Shown: positions 17,224 through 28,146, counted from the first letter of the stretch. The stretch is 64,000 nt of DNA from Myxococcota bacterium (GCA_039028615.1 JBCCHT010000032.1:64001-128000), one strand, 5' to 3'. The notes: generated by a model not told the origin, from the sequence alone. Made by a program: numbers and translations.

Positions 17224-20112
17224 ATGGCCGACGAGACGGTCGACATCGAAGTCGAGTCGCGATCGAAATCGCCGGCCGATGTCGACTCGGGGCCGTCGAC
17301 CGTGCCCGGGACTTCGGTCGGTCGCTACTTGCTCATCGGTCGCGTCGGCGCCGGAGGCATGGGCGTCGTGTGGCGCGCCTACGACCCCAAGCTCCAGCGC
17401 GAGGTGGCGTTGAAGATGGTCCGCACCGACCGGCTCTCGTCCACCGCTCGGGCACGGATGGTTCGCGAGGCGCGATCGATGGCCCAGGTCGCGCATCCCA
17501 ACGTGGTCGCCGTGTACGACGTGGAGCTCGACGCGCAGATGGTGGTGCTCGCGATGGAGTACATCGAGGGGCCGAACCTGCGCGCGTGGCTCAAGGAACA
17601 GCCGCGTTCGTGGTCGGAGATCGTCGACGTCTTCGTCGGGGCCGGGCGTGGCCTGGCCTCTGCCCACACCGCCGGGCTGCTCCACCGGGACTTCAAGCCG
17701 AGCAACGTGATGGTGGGGCAAGACGGGCGCCCGCGGGTGACCGACTTCGGCCTGGCCCGCGTGCCCCTGCCGGAGTCCGAGATGCCGGACGAACTCGTGG
17801 CGCGCGACAGCTGGGACGGGGACCTGACCTCCGTGGCGCTCGGCGAGTCGCTGCGGGGAGAGCTCACCGAGGCGGGCACGGTCATGGGCACGCCGGCCTA
17901 CATGGCGCCCGAGCAGCATCTCGATGCCGACCTCGATGCTCGAGCCGATCAGTATGCGTTCTGCATCTCGTTGCGAGCGGCGCTGCTGAGCGAGAATCCG
18001 TTTCGCGGGAGAGGTGAAGCCCTCGCCGACGCGAAGCTCGGGGGGCCGCCGCCGTGGCCGCGCACGTCGACCATCCCGCGGCGGATCACCGCGGCGATCG
18101 ATCGAGGCATGGCCCCGCGGGTCTCCGATCGCTGGCCCTCGATGAGCGCGCTGCTCGAGGTGCTCCAGTACGACGAGGGGCGACGACGCCGAACCATGGC
18201 CGTGGTGGTGGGGGTGATGCTGGGCAGTGCGGTCATCGCCCTGCTCGCGCCCTCGGCCTCCACGGTGGCCGCGCCATGCACGGGTGCCCGAGAGCAGCTC
18301 GACGAGGTCTGGGGGGAGGCCCGGCGGGCGCAGGTCGAACGCGCGGTGCGGTCGACGGGGGTGGCCTTCGCCGACGCGGTGTGGGCCGAGAGCGCGTCCT
18401 CGCTCGATCGCTACGCCGAGGACTGGACGGCGATGTACACGGAGGCCTGCGAGGCGACCAACATTCGCCGCGATCAGTCGGCCGCGGTCATGGACCTGCG
18501 GATGTCGTGCCTGCGGCGGGCGCGAGGGCAGCTACGCGCGGTGACCACGGTGCTCGCCGAGGCCGATGCAACCGCGCTGGCCCGCGCCCACGAGCTTTCG
18601 CGAGGGCTGCCGAGCCTGGAGCGCTGCGCCGACGTGGAGGCGCTGTCCTCCGAGATCGCGCCGCCCGACGACCCCGCGGTCGCGACGGCGGTCGAAGGCG
18701 CGCGAGAGCGGCTGGCGGAGGTCTCGGTGCGCTTGCGGGCGGGCGAGCTCCCCCGGGCGCGCCAGATCGTCGAAGAGGTCACGGCGCAGATCGAGGCCAT
18801 CGACTATTCCCCGCTGCAGGTGGAGCTGGCGGAGATGCGCGGGCGGACCCTGTACGAGGAAGGCGAGTACGCCCGGGCGGAGCAGGTGCTGCGCGACGTC
18901 ATCGAGTCGGGGCTGGCGCAGGGACAGTGGGGGCTGGTGCGGTCGACGGCGGCCACCATGTCGTTCGTGGTCGGGCAGGGGCTCGGGCGCCACGAAGACG
19001 CGATGGCCTACCTCGCGGTCGCCCTGGGCCTGTCGCAGCGCACGGGCTTCGGCGGGCGCGAGGAGGCCTCGGCGCGGCTGGCCCTGGGCACCACGCTGCG
19101 GCTGCGGGGCGAGCTCGAGCCGGCCGAGCGAGAGATTCGCCAGGCCTTGGCGCTCCAGCGCGGCAGCGGCGTCAGCGAGCTGACCATCGCGGTGACGCAC
19201 AACAACCTCGCCAACAACCTGTTCTCGCAGGGGCGCTTTGCCGAGGCGATGACGGAGCACGACACGGCGCGGTCGATCTACCTCGAGATCCTCGGTCCCC
19301 GGCACCCCGAGGTCGCGATGTCGCAGGGGAACCGCGGCTCCGTGTTCATGAGCCTCAAGCGCTACGAGGAGGCCGAGCGCGACTTCCGAGAGGCGCTCGA
19401 CATCAACCGGGTCTCGCTCGGTCCCGATCATCCCGAGACGTCGCGCATGCAGATCAACCTCGCGGTCGTGCTGCTCGCGCAAAACGACTTCGAAGGGGCG
19501 GCCACTCAGCTCGAGCGGACCATCGACACCTATACGCGGACGATCGGGCTCCACCACCCGCGGATGGCCGCCGCGCGCGTCAACCTGGCGACCACGCGCT
19601 TCGAGCAGGGGCGGCTGGCGGACGCGAAGACCCAGCTGGACGCGGTCATCGAGGCGCTGTCGCCATCGACGGGGACGGGGCAGATCATCGTGGGCAAGGC
19701 CTGGCACACGCTGGGGCAGGTGCTGCGGGCCGAAGGCGAGCTCGAGGAGGCCGAAGCTGCGGTGCGCAAGGCCCTGGCCATTCGAGCACAGTCACAGGGC
19801 GACGATCACGTCGAGGTCGCCGTGACCCGACAGACGCTGGGCACGGTGGTGGCGGCCCGCGGCCGCAACGAAGAGGCGGCGCAGATCTTCGAGGAGGCGC
19901 TGCGCCGGGTCTCGGACGAGGGCTCGGACGGCGCCACCCGGGCCAGCCTCATGCGGTCCCTCGCCGATGTGCTGTGGGATGCCCGTCTCGATCGAGCGCG
20001 AGCGGTGGAGCTGGTCGAAGGCGCGCGCGAGCGGGTCGCGGACGGCCCCGAGAACGAGAAGCTCCGCGGCGAGCTCGATCGGTGGGTGGCCGAGCACCCG
20101 CGGCCCCGCTAG
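17224..20112 (+). CDS. Membrane Ser/Thr protein kinase with TPR ectodomain
   Basis: GAGGMGVV, VALK, HRDFKPSN, DFG, GTPAYMAPE; TM segment; LGPxHP-type TPR repeats. Confidence 0.92.
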   Translation: MADETVDIEVESRSKSPADVDSGPSTVPGTSVGRYLLIGRVGAGGMGVVWRAYDPKLQREVALKMVRTDRLSSTARARMVREARSMAQVAHPNVVAVYDVELDAQMVVLAMEYIEGPNLRAWLKEQPRSWSEIVDVFVGAGRGLASAHTAGLLHRDFKPSNVMVGQDGRPRVTDFGLARVPLPESEMPDELVARDSWDGDLTSVALGESLRGELTEAGTVMGTPAYMAPEQHLDADLDARADQYAFCISLRAALLSENPFRGRGEALADAKLGGPPPWPRTSTIPRRITAAIDRGMAPRVSDRWPSMSALLEVLQYDEGRRRRTMAVVVGVMLGSAVIALLAPSASTVAAPCTGAREQLDEVWGEARRAQVERAVRSTGVAFADAVWAESASSLDRYAEDWTAMYTEACEATNIRRDQSAAVMDLRMSCLRRARGQLRAVTTVLAEADATALARAHELSRGLPSLERCADVEALSSEIAPPDDPAVATAVEGARERLAEVSVRLRAGELPRARQIVEEVTAQIEAIDYSPLQVELAEMRGRTLYEEGEYARAEQVLRDVIESGLAQGQWGLVRSTAATMSFVVGQGLGRHEDAMAYLAVALGLSQRTGFGGREEASARLALGTTLRLRGELEPAEREIRQALALQRGSGVSELTIAVTHNNLANNLFSQGRFAEAMTEHDTARSIYLEILGPRHPEVAMSQGNRGSVFMSLKRYEEAERDFREALDINRVSLGPDHPETSRMQINLAVVLLAQNDFEGAATQLERTIDTYTRTIGLHHPRMAAARVNLATTRFEQGRLADAKTQLDAVIEALSPSTGTGQIIVGKAWHTLGQVLRAEGELEEAEAAVRKALAIRAQSQGDDHVEVAVTRQTLGTVVAARGRNEEAAQIFEEALRRVSDEGSDGATRASLMRSLADVLWDARLDRARAVELVEGARERVADGPENEKLRGELDRWVAEHPRPR

Positions 20113-20128
20113 GCCGCCCGGCGCCGGC

Positions 20129-21709
20129 TCAGCAGCGACCGCCCTTTTTGACTTTGCCCTTCTTCAGGCAAAAGCTGCCCAGCTCGACCCCGTCGCTGCC
20201 CGAGGGCGAGAAGCGGGGCCCGCCGAAGAACTCGACGCGGCACGACTTGGGCTCGACCTCGAGGGCATGGCTGCCGAAGGCGCTGGCGGTCATGCGCGTG
20301 GTCTCGCCCGGCAGCAGGTAGTAGAGTTCGGTGCCGAACAGGTAGGCCGACTCGACGCGGGTGTCCTTGCCCGCCTTGCAGCTGACCTTGGCGGTGACGC
20401 CATCGTTCTGGGTCACGGGCAGCTCGAGGGTGATGTCGGCCTGGATCTTGAGCTGGAACTTCCCGGTGGCGCCGTAGGGCTCGGCCAGGGCCAGCTGCAC
20501 CTCGTCGACCACGATGGACTCGGCGGCCAAGGGCGCGGCGGCGGGAGGCGGAGCCGCCGTGGGGTCGCAGCGGGTCTCGGTGAGCGTGCCCGCCTTGAAG
20601 CACGCGTCCTGGAGCCGCACTTCCTCGTACTCGCCGAAGGTGCCGGTCTTGGTCCGCCACAGCGAGGTGGTCACGTCGCAGTCGTCGGGGGCGTCGGCGA
20701 ACTCGAAGGCGCTCGACCAGTACAGGCTGGCGGTGCGAGCGACGGTCTCGCCCGACTCGTACTTGAAGGGGCCCGCGCTCAGGTTGGCCTGGCCCAGGTC
20801 GGCGAAGGAGCGGTCCCCGACCCGACATGCGGTCTTGAAGGTGAGCCGCACGTTGTTGGCCATGGGCTCCTGGATCTTCAGGAGATAGTCGAGGGTGAGG
20901 TTTTTGGAGCCGCCGATGCTGCCGCCGGGCGTGACGTCGAGGGACGAGACCTCGATCGGGTGCTTGGCGCCCGACATCGCGATCGGCACGAGCACGGGGT
21001 CGCACTGGCCCGGGGTGACGCTGCCGTCCTTCCAGCACGCATGGCCCACGGGCACCGAGAGCCCGCCGCCCATGCCCCCCACCCGGAACTCGAATTGGCA
21101 CAGCTTCGGGGTGACCTTGCTGCCCTGTGTGTAGAGGTTGCCCTTGATCTCCGCCTGCTCGCCCACCGCGTATTGCTCGAGCGGCTTGGTGTAGTGGGCG
21201 TTGAGGTAGCCGACGTCGGCGAGCAGCTCGTCCTCGCGCTTGCACAGGGACTTGATGTGCACGTAGGTCGAGGTGCCGAGCGCCTGGTTGAGCGTGGCCT
21301 TGGCCCGGACCTCGATCATGCCGCTGCTCGAGAACATCGAGCCCATGGTCTTGACCGCGATCTCGTCGAGCTTCACCGGGCGGCGGCTCTGCTCGTCGGC
21401 GGCCTTCTTGGCCGCGGCGGCTGCTTCGGCGTCGGCCTGGGCCTTGGCCTCGGCCGCCTGCTTGGCCTTGGCCGCCTCCGCTTCGGCGGCTTGCTTGGCC
21501 TTGGCCGCCTCTTCTTCCCGCTGGACCTCGACGAGGCTCTTGGTCTGCTCTTCGGCCTTCGGGGTCGCGTCGGCCTCGGCGTCGGCCTTGTTCGCCCCGT
21601 CGTCCCCGCCGGGCAGTCGATCGCAGCCGCTGCCGACGAGCAGGCCGAGAGCGACGAGACCACGCGTGACGCCGCGAATGGAGCGGGGGGCTGCCATGCG
21701 CGGCACCAT
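20129..21709 (-). CDS. Lipoprotein with Ala/Lys/Glu helical stalk and three 4-Cys repeat domains
   Basis: Lipobox GSGC; AAKAKQAAEAE repeats; triplicated domain. Confidence 0.75.
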   Translation of the reverse strand: MVPRMAAPRSIRGVTRGLVALGLLVGSGCDRLPGGDDGANKADAEADATPKAEEQTKSLVEVQREEEAAKAKQAAEAEAAKAKQAAEAKAQADAEAAAAAKKAADEQSRRPVKLDEIAVKTMGSMFSSSGMIEVRAKATLNQALGTSTYVHIKSLCKREDELLADVGYLNAHYTKPLEQYAVGEQAEIKGNLYTQGSKVTPKLCQFEFRVGGMGGGLSVPVGHACWKDGSVTPGQCDPVLVPIAMSGAKHPIEVSSLDVTPGGSIGGSKNLTLDYLLKIQEPMANNVRLTFKTACRVGDRSFADLGQANLSAGPFKYESGETVARTASLYWSSAFEFADAPDDCDVTTSLWRTKTGTFGEYEEVRLQDACFKAGTLTETRCDPTAAPPPAAAPLAAESIVVDEVQLALAEPYGATGKFQLKIQADITLELPVTQNDGVTAKVSCKAGKDTRVESAYLFGTELYYLLPGETTRMTASAFGSHALEVEPKSCRVEFFGGPRFSPSGSDGVELGSFCLKKGKVKKGGRC

Positions 21710-21829
21710 GACAGAAGAACCCGACCACCGTCCACGCTTCGCGGCGCGAGGGGGTCGGGCGCGACAATCGGCGCGAAACGGTGTCCCGTTCGGCGCGCCG
21801 TCAGCCTGCGGGCCGGGCGGCCGTGGCTC

Positions 21830-22822
21830 TTACGCGGGCGGGGTGAGGCCCAAGGCGCTCATGTCGTGGGAGAGCGTCTCGCGGAGCCCTTCTTCGAGCG
21901 ATCGCACCGTCCAGCCGAGCTCGCGGCGAGCCTTGTCGGCGCGGGCGAGGTACGTGACGCCCGCCGTGCCGCGCAGCGATTCCGCCCGGTAGGTGGAGGG
22001 GATCGGCACGTAGCGCTCGACCTTCTCGATGAGGTTGGCGACGGCCTTGATCGGTGCGGCGGGCAAGCGCAGGCGCGGCGCCTTGATCCCGGTGATGCCC
22101 TCGGCGAGGTCGAGCGCGTCGAGCAGACCGGCGGGCTCTCCGGCCAGGATGTAGCTCTGGCCGACCTGGCCCTTGTCCATGGCGAGGATGTGTCCGCGGG
22201 CGATGTCGTCGACGTGGCCCCAGCAGTAGCGCGCGCCCTTGGGCACCATGGGCAGCTTGCCGCGCAGGTACTGCACGAAGGCCTCGTGCAGGTCGCTGGT
22301 GTCCCCCGGGCCGTATACGACGCCGGGCATCACCACCACCAGCGGCAGGCCCTTTTCGATCATCGGCAGGGCGACCTGGTAGTGGGCGTGATGCTTGGTG
22401 CGCTCGTACTCGCTGAGCATCGGCCCGTCGTAGCGGAAGCTCTCGTCGACGAGCTGGCCGTGGGTGTCGGAGTTCACGGCCACGGTGCTGGTGTAGACCG
22501 CCTTGGGGATCTCCAGCTCCTTGATGAGTCGCAGGACGTTCTGCGTGCCGCTGACGTTGATCGACTGCGCGTACGCAGCCTCGTCGCTGCCGAGCTTGTA
22601 CCAGGCGGCGATATGGAAGACGCCGTCCACGCCCGCCATGGGCCCGCGCATGCTCGACGGGTCGCGGATGTCCCCCGCGTGCAGCTCCACGCCGAGCTGC
22701 TCGAGGTGTCGCGCCCTGCTGGGATCGCGGACGAGGGCACGCACTTCATGCCCGACTTCGCGAAGCTGACGGACGACCCGCCCGCCGATGAAACCGGTGG
22801 CTCCCGTGACGAAGTATCGCAT
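21830..22822 (-). CDS. NAD-dependent epimerase/dehydratase (extended SDR)
   Basis: TGATGFIG, YERTK (YxxxK), PGVVYGPGD. Confidence 0.9.
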   Translation of the reverse strand: MRYFVTGATGFIGGRVVRQLREVGHEVRALVRDPSRARHLEQLGVELHAGDIRDPSSMRGPMAGVDGVFHIAAWYKLGSDEAAYAQSINVSGTQNVLRLIKELEIPKAVYTSTVAVNSDTHGQLVDESFRYDGPMLSEYERTKHHAHYQVALPMIEKGLPLVVVMPGVVYGPGDTSDLHEAFVQYLRGKLPMVPKGARYCWGHVDDIARGHILAMDKGQVGQSYILAGEPAGLLDALDLAEGITGIKAPRLRLPAAPIKAVANLIEKVERYVPIPSTYRAESLRGTAGVTYLARADKARRELGWTVRSLEEGLRETLSHDMSALGLTPPA

Positions 22823-22912
22823 CGAGGGGCGACGCTAACCCGAATCCCGGGGCGACGGAACCGAGGGCGCTCACCCGTTCCGATTGCGGGCGTGCAGGCC
22901 CGCTGGCGCGCT

Positions 22913-23284
22913 CTATCGCCCGCGGAGGCGACGAAGCTGGCGGAGGTCCCTCTTGCTGGGCCGCCCCGCGCCTCGATCACGCGTGATCTGCTCGGCCTGC
23001 TCCTCTTTGGGCAGCGGCGCGGGGGTGTGGTCGATGTACAGGGTTCGCGCGACGCTGGCCGGGCCGCGGCGATCGCCGAGCGCCACGACCTCGAGGATGC
23101 GCAGGCCGCCGTGGGTGCGGACCTCGACCCGAACCCCCGGGCTGATGGACTTGGCCGCCTTGACGGAGGTGCCGTCGACCTTGACGTGGCCGGCCGAGCA
23201 CGCGGTGGACGCTTGCGAGCGCGTCTTGAAGCAGCGCGCGGCCCACAGCCACTTGTCGATGCGAACCTCGGTCAGCTCGGCCAT
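22913..23284 (-). CDS. hslR: Ribosome-associated heat shock protein Hsp15 (S4 domain)
   Basis: RIDKWLWAARCFKTRSQA, RRGPA..A..LY, GRPSKRD. Confidence 0.9.
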   Translation of the reverse strand: MAELTEVRIDKWLWAARCFKTRSQASTACSAGHVKVDGTSVKAAKSISPGVRVEVRTHGGLRILEVVALGDRRGPASVARTLYIDHTPAPLPKEEQAEQITRDRGAGRPSKRDLRQLRRLRGR

Positions 23285-23301
23285 GCGGGCAGGATAGCGC
23301 G

Positions 23302-26300
23302 TCAGCGCCGTCGTGGGGCGAGCTTGCGCCATCCCCGACGCGCGGAGTCGGAGAGGTCTTCGAGCGTGGCGTAGGCCGCAGGCAGGAACATCAGGCTCAT
23401 CAGCGTGCTGGTGGTCAGCCCGCCCGCGATCACGATGGCGATGGAGTGGTAGTAGACCCCGGCCAGGGTGGGGTGATGGATCAGCATGGGCACCAGGCCC
23501 AAGATGGTGGTGACCATGGTCATCATGATCGGCCGGATGCGGTCCTTGCCCGCGCGGCGGAGGGCTTCGTCGCGCGTCATGCCCTGGGCCCGCAGCTGGG
23601 TGATCCGATCGACCAGCATGATCCCGTTGTTGACCACGATGCCTATCAAGATGAAAAAGCCGACGACCGCGGTGGTGTCGAGCGTGGTGTCGGTGAGCCA
23701 TAGGGCCCACGGCGCACCGAAGCAGCCGAGCAGGCAGGTCACCAGGATGCCGAGCGGCTGTAGGAAGCTCTCGAACAGCGAGGCCATCACCGCGTAGACG
23801 AGCAGCAGGCACAGGCCGAGATTGATCAGCATCTCGTTGCCGGCCTCCTGTTGCTTGCGCCACCGCGTGCCGCGACCCCAGCTATATCCCAACGGCATCT
23901 CGAAGTCGGCCATCGCCTCGTCGACCACTTCCCAGTTACCCCGCGGGTCGGGCTGGAAGAAGTGGACCTGGAGCTTGACCTCGGTCTGCCGATCGACGCG
24001 CTGGATCCAGAAGGGGCGCCGGGAGATCTCGATGCTGGCGATGGCGCTGAGCGGGACCTCTTGGTCGCTGCCCAGCGGGATCCGCAGGTCGCGGAGCTCG
24101 GCCATGCCCGCCTCGCTGTTCTCGCCGAACTGCGCGCTCAGCCGCAGCTGAATCTCGCCGCGAGAGCCTCGCACGCTGCCCAGCGGCAGCCCCTGGAAGG
24201 CCAGGGAGATGCGTCGCGCCACCTCGTCGGCAGAAAGGCCCAGGCTGCTCAGGCGCGCGCGGTCGAGGGTGACGTGCAGCTCCTCGGCCCCCTCCTCGTA
24301 GGGGGTATTGATGAAGTCGTAGGTGCCCTCGGCCGGCTCCTCGCGGTCGCCCTTGGTGAGGCGGGCCGCGAGGTGGTCGGCGACCCGTCGCGACAGCGGC
24401 ATCAGCTCGCCCATGTCCTCGCCGCGGATGGCGAACTCGACGACGCGAGGGTCGTTGTTTTCCCGCCATGAATCGCGGCGCTCGCCGACCCGGTACTGCA
24501 CGCCGGGCTGGGCGGGCAGGGCTTCTCGCAGCGCGGTCTTGAAGGTCAGGACTTCTTTTTCGCTCTGGAACGCTTCGTGGGGGTAGGCGCGGCAGTTGCC
24601 CCACCAGTCACCCCACGAGCACGAGACCGACTCGACCCCGAGCTCGTCGCGGCGGGCCAGCAGGGCCTGCTCGGCGACGGCGACGACCTCTCCGATCTTC
24701 TCGGCGCCCCGGCTGCCCGCCAGCTGGAAGCGAATGGGGACGTTGTCCTCCTGCTCCTCCGCCTCGCCGAGCTTCATGTTGTCGATGAGCGGGCTGCCGG
24801 GGATCTGCACCGACGCGGCGAGCACGAGCCCCAGCAGGATCGAGATGCGAGGGAGCCGGAGCGTGCGCTCGATGAGCCAGGCGTAGCCGTTGGCCACCCG
24901 GTCGAGCACGGGGTGGTGCAAGACCTTGGGGCGAGGCTTGAGCACACGCCCCATCAACAGCGGCACTGCGGTCTGCGAGATGACGAGGCTGGCGATGAGG
25001 CCGATGGCGAAGGTGCTGCCCAGCGGTCGTAGATAGGCCGAGGCCCGGTCGCTGGGGTCGCCCATCTGCAGCGGGATGAACACGATGATCGTGCTCAGGG
25101 TGGAGGCGATGGTGGCGAAGCCGACCTCGCGCGCCCCGAGCTGGGCCGCGCGCAAGGGGGGCTCGCCGCGGCGGCTATGCGACGCGATGGCCTCGACGAT
25201 GACCACCGCGTTGTCGATGAGCATGCCGACCGCGAGCACCAGGCCGAGCATCACGATGCAGTTGAGGTCGCTGCCCTGCATGAACAGCACCGCGCACGCG
25301 GCCGTCACGCTCAGCGGAATGCACAGCGCGGCGGCGAAGGTCGTGCTCATCCGATGCAGGAACATCAGCAGCACGAAGAACGCGAGCAGCCCGCCCCATA
25401 GACCGGTGTCCCGTAGGTCCGACAGGGTCTGGAGGATGATCTCGCCCTGGTCGTGGAACACCAGGAGCTCGATGCCGTCGAGGTCCGGGTCGCGGCCGAG
25501 CTTTTCGATCTCCGCGCGGATGGCCTGGGTGACCTCGACAGTGCTGGCCCCGGCCGAGGCGAAGATCTCGAGGTTGATGGCGGTGCGCCCGTTGAGCGTC
25601 TTGCCGTCGCGGTTTTCTTCGGGGTGCACCGACACGTCCGCCACCTCGCTCAGCGCGGCGAAGCCAGTGTTGGCGGTGGTCGGCACCTCGACCGTGGCCG
25701 TGACCCCGTCCGAGCTGACGGTGGCGGCCTCCGAGCGCGCGGCCGCGGCATCGATGGCATCGCCGCGCCGCCGCAGGGGCAGCTGCGCAAAGGCCTCGGG
25801 ATCGGCGGGCCGGGCCGGGCTGCGAATCCCCGCCTCGGTGCCGCCAGGCTTGAGCACGCCCAGGCTGCGACCCTGCCGGGCATCGCGGACGGAGGTGCTC
25901 AGCTCTTGCAGCGAGACCCCGGTGCGCCCCGTTTCCTCGATGTCGACCGCGATCTCGAGCTCGTGCGGCTTGACGCCTTGCAGCTCGACGCGGGCCACCC
26001 CCGGCACGCGCTCGACCGCCCGGACCACCTTCTCCTCGATGAGGTAGTAGTCCTGGGAAAGGTCGGTGCCGCTGGAGATCCGCATCTCCATGACCGGGTC
26101 GTCCGAGGAGTCTCCGCGGGTGCCGATCTGGATCTGGCGCACGAAGTCGGGCAGCTTGGGCCGGGCGCGCTCGATGCGGTCGCGCAGCTCGAGCTTGCGG
26201 GCGTCGAGATCGGTGCCGGGCTCGAACGCGAGGTTGAGGCGCACGCCCCAGGTGCCCGTGCCCACCTGAATGCGGCTGAGGTCGCGGATGCCCGAGACCT

Positions 26301-26517
26301 CCTCCTCGAGCGGCCGAACGACGTCGCGCTCGAGGACCTCCGGGCTGGTGCGGTCGATGCTGACGCGGACCCAGGCGTTGGCCGAGGTGCTGCGCGGCAG
26401 GAAGGCCAGCGGCATCTGAGTCGCCCCGATGACCCCCAGCACCAGCACGGCGACCAGCAGCATGCCGACCGTGACCGGGCGGGCGAGGGCGAAATCCGAG
26501 AGGCTCCAGCGACGCAT
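23302..26517 (-). CDS. RND efflux transporter permease (AcrB/AcrD/AcrF family)
   Basis: 1071 aa; RPV N-terminus, GMLIDNAVVIVE, GIVVNNGIMLVD, RIRPIMMT. Confidence 0.9.
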   Translation of the reverse strand: MRRWSLSDFALARPVTVGMLLVAVLVLGVIGATQMPLAFLPRSTSANAWVRVSIDRTSPEVLERDVVRPLEEEVSGIRDLSRIQVGTGTWGVRLNLAFEPGTDLDARKLELRDRIERARPKLPDFVRQIQIGTRGDSSDDPVMEMRISSGTDLSQDYYLIEEKVVRAVERVPGVARVELQGVKPHELEIAVDIEETGRTGVSLQELSTSVRDARQGRSLGVLKPGGTEAGIRSPARPADPEAFAQLPLRRRGDAIDAAAARSEAATVSSDGVTATVEVPTTANTGFAALSEVADVSVHPEENRDGKTLNGRTAINLEIFASAGASTVEVTQAIRAEIEKLGRDPDLDGIELLVFHDQGEIILQTLSDLRDTGLWGGLLAFFVLLMFLHRMSTTFAAALCIPLSVTAACAVLFMQGSDLNCIVMLGLVLAVGMLIDNAVVIVEAIASHSRRGEPPLRAAQLGAREVGFATIASTLSTIIVFIPLQMGDPSDRASAYLRPLGSTFAIGLIASLVISQTAVPLLMGRVLKPRPKVLHHPVLDRVANGYAWLIERTLRLPRISILLGLVLAASVQIPGSPLIDNMKLGEAEEQEDNVPIRFQLAGSRGAEKIGEVVAVAEQALLARRDELGVESVSCSWGDWWGNCRAYPHEAFQSEKEVLTFKTALREALPAQPGVQYRVGERRDSWRENNDPRVVEFAIRGEDMGELMPLSRRVADHLAARLTKGDREEPAEGTYDFINTPYEEGAEELHVTLDRARLSSLGLSADEVARRISLAFQGLPLGSVRGSRGEIQLRLSAQFGENSEAGMAELRDLRIPLGSDQEVPLSAIASIEISRRPFWIQRVDRQTEVKLQVHFFQPDPRGNWEVVDEAMADFEMPLGYSWGRGTRWRKQQEAGNEMLINLGLCLLLVYAVMASLFESFLQPLGILVTCLLGCFGAPWALWLTDTTLDTTAVVGFFILIGIVVNNGIMLVDRITQLRAQGMTRDEALRRAGKDRIRPIMMTMVTTILGLVPMLIHHPTLAGVYYHSIAIVIAGGLTTSTLMSLMFLPAAYATLEDLSDSARRGWRKLAPRRR

Positions 26518-26757
26518 TGTTCCCGAAAACGGCGCTCAGGGTAGCAAGGAAACCGGCTGACCCGGGGGCCTCGCCGACTGCGCCGACGCGGGCTTCCCGA
26601 CGTCGACGAGTGAAACCCGCGGTCGGCCATCTTTGGGCCGTGAGTGTGTGTTTCGGCGAGGCCGCGTTCGGCGTGCGGAGGGTCCCGTCGCGAGTGGAGC
26701 GGGAAAATCGGGTGCTGGTGTTCGCCGCGAGCGCCGCCAAGTACCATCCAGGGCGAC

Positions 26758-28146
26758 ATGACCGACATCGTCAGTCCCATCGACGACCAGGCCGTCTACA
26801 CCTTCCGCGAGCTCACGGAAGACGAAGCGCGACAGCGGCTGGCCACGGCGGCCGAGGTGCAGAAGCAGTGGGCCCAGGTTCCGCTGTCGCAGCGCCTCGA
26901 GGTCTGCCGCGGGATGCTCGATCGCTACGCCGAGTTCGAAGAGGACTACGCCGAGCAGATCAGCCGCATGATGGGCAAGCCTATCGGTCAGGCCCGCGGG
27001 GAGTTCCGCGGACCCATGCGCGAGCGGACCTTGAAGCTGTGCGAGCTGGCCGAGGCTGCGCTCGCCGACGAGACGCTCCCCGCCAAGACCGGCTTCCATC
27101 GCTTCATCCGTCGCGAGCCGGTCGGCACCGTGCTCGATATCGCGGCCTGGAACTACCCGCTCATCATCCCGATCAACGTGGTGGTGCCGGCCGTGCTCGG
27201 CGGCAACGCGGTCATGATCAAGCACGCCTACCAGACCGCGCTGGTGGCCGATCAGCTCGAGCAGGCGTTCACCTCGGCCGGGGCCCCCGAGGGCTTGGTG
27301 CAGGCGCTCCCCGTGGGGCACGTGACGGTGGCCGAGCTCATCGCGCGCCGCAGCTTCGGGTTCGTGGCCTTCACCGGCTCGGTTCGTGGCGGCCACGAGG
27401 TCTACCGCACGGTGGCCCGCGACAACTTCATCGGTGTCGGCCTGGAGCTGGGCGGCAAGGACCCGGCCATCGTCCTGCCCGATTGCGACTTCGAGCACGC
27501 GATCGAGTCGCTGGTGGACGGCGCGTTCTTCAACGCGGGCCAGAGCTGCTGCGGCATCGAGCGCATCTACGTGCACGGCGACATCTACGACCGCTTCGTC
27601 GAGGCCTACGTGGCCAAGACCCGCGAGCAGGTGGTGGGCAACCCCCTCGAGGCGGGCACGACCATGGGCCCGGTGGTCAACGCGGCCGCGGCCGAGCGCA
27701 TCTCCGGCCACATCGAGCAGGCCGTGGCGCGCGGGGCCACCATCCGCTGTGGCGCCAGCGACTTCGAGGTGCCCGACCTCAGCAGCTGCTACCTCGCGCC
27801 GCACGTGTTGGTCGACGTCGACCACGAGATGGACGTGATGACCGAAGAGACCTTCGGCCCGGTGGTCGGCATCATGAAGGTCGGCGACGAGGCCGAGGCC
27901 CTGCGACTGGCCAACGACTCCGAGTACGGCCTCACCGCGTCGGTGTGGACGGCGGACCAGCGGCGCGGCATGGCGCTGATGCAGCAGCTCGACGCGGGCA
28001 CCGTGTATCTCAACCGCTGTGACTATCTCGACCCCGGCCTGGCCTGGACCGGGGTCAAGGACTCGGGGCACGGCGCCTCGTTGTCCTCGCTGGGATTCCA
28101 GTCCGTGACCCGTCCCAAGAGCTTCCACCTGCGTACGGAGACCTGA
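26758..28146 (+). CDS. Aldehyde dehydrogenase
   Basis: AWNYP, FTGS, LELGGKDP, NAGQSCC, EETFGPV. Confidence 0.92.
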   Translation: MTDIVSPIDDQAVYTFRELTEDEARQRLATAAEVQKQWAQVPLSQRLEVCRGMLDRYAEFEEDYAEQISRMMGKPIGQARGEFRGPMRERTLKLCELAEAALADETLPAKTGFHRFIRREPVGTVLDIAAWNYPLIIPINVVVPAVLGGNAVMIKHAYQTALVADQLEQAFTSAGAPEGLVQALPVGHVTVAELIARRSFGFVAFTGSVRGGHEVYRTVARDNFIGVGLELGGKDPAIVLPDCDFEHAIESLVDGAFFNAGQSCCGIERIYVHGDIYDRFVEAYVAKTREQVVGNPLEAGTTMGPVVNAAAAERISGHIEQAVARGATIRCGASDFEVPDLSSCYLAPHVLVDVDHEMDVMTEETFGPVVGIMKVGDEAEALRLANDSEYGLTASVWTADQRRGMALMQQLDAGTVYLNRCDYLDPGLAWTGVKDSGHGASLSSLGFQSVTRPKSFHLRTET

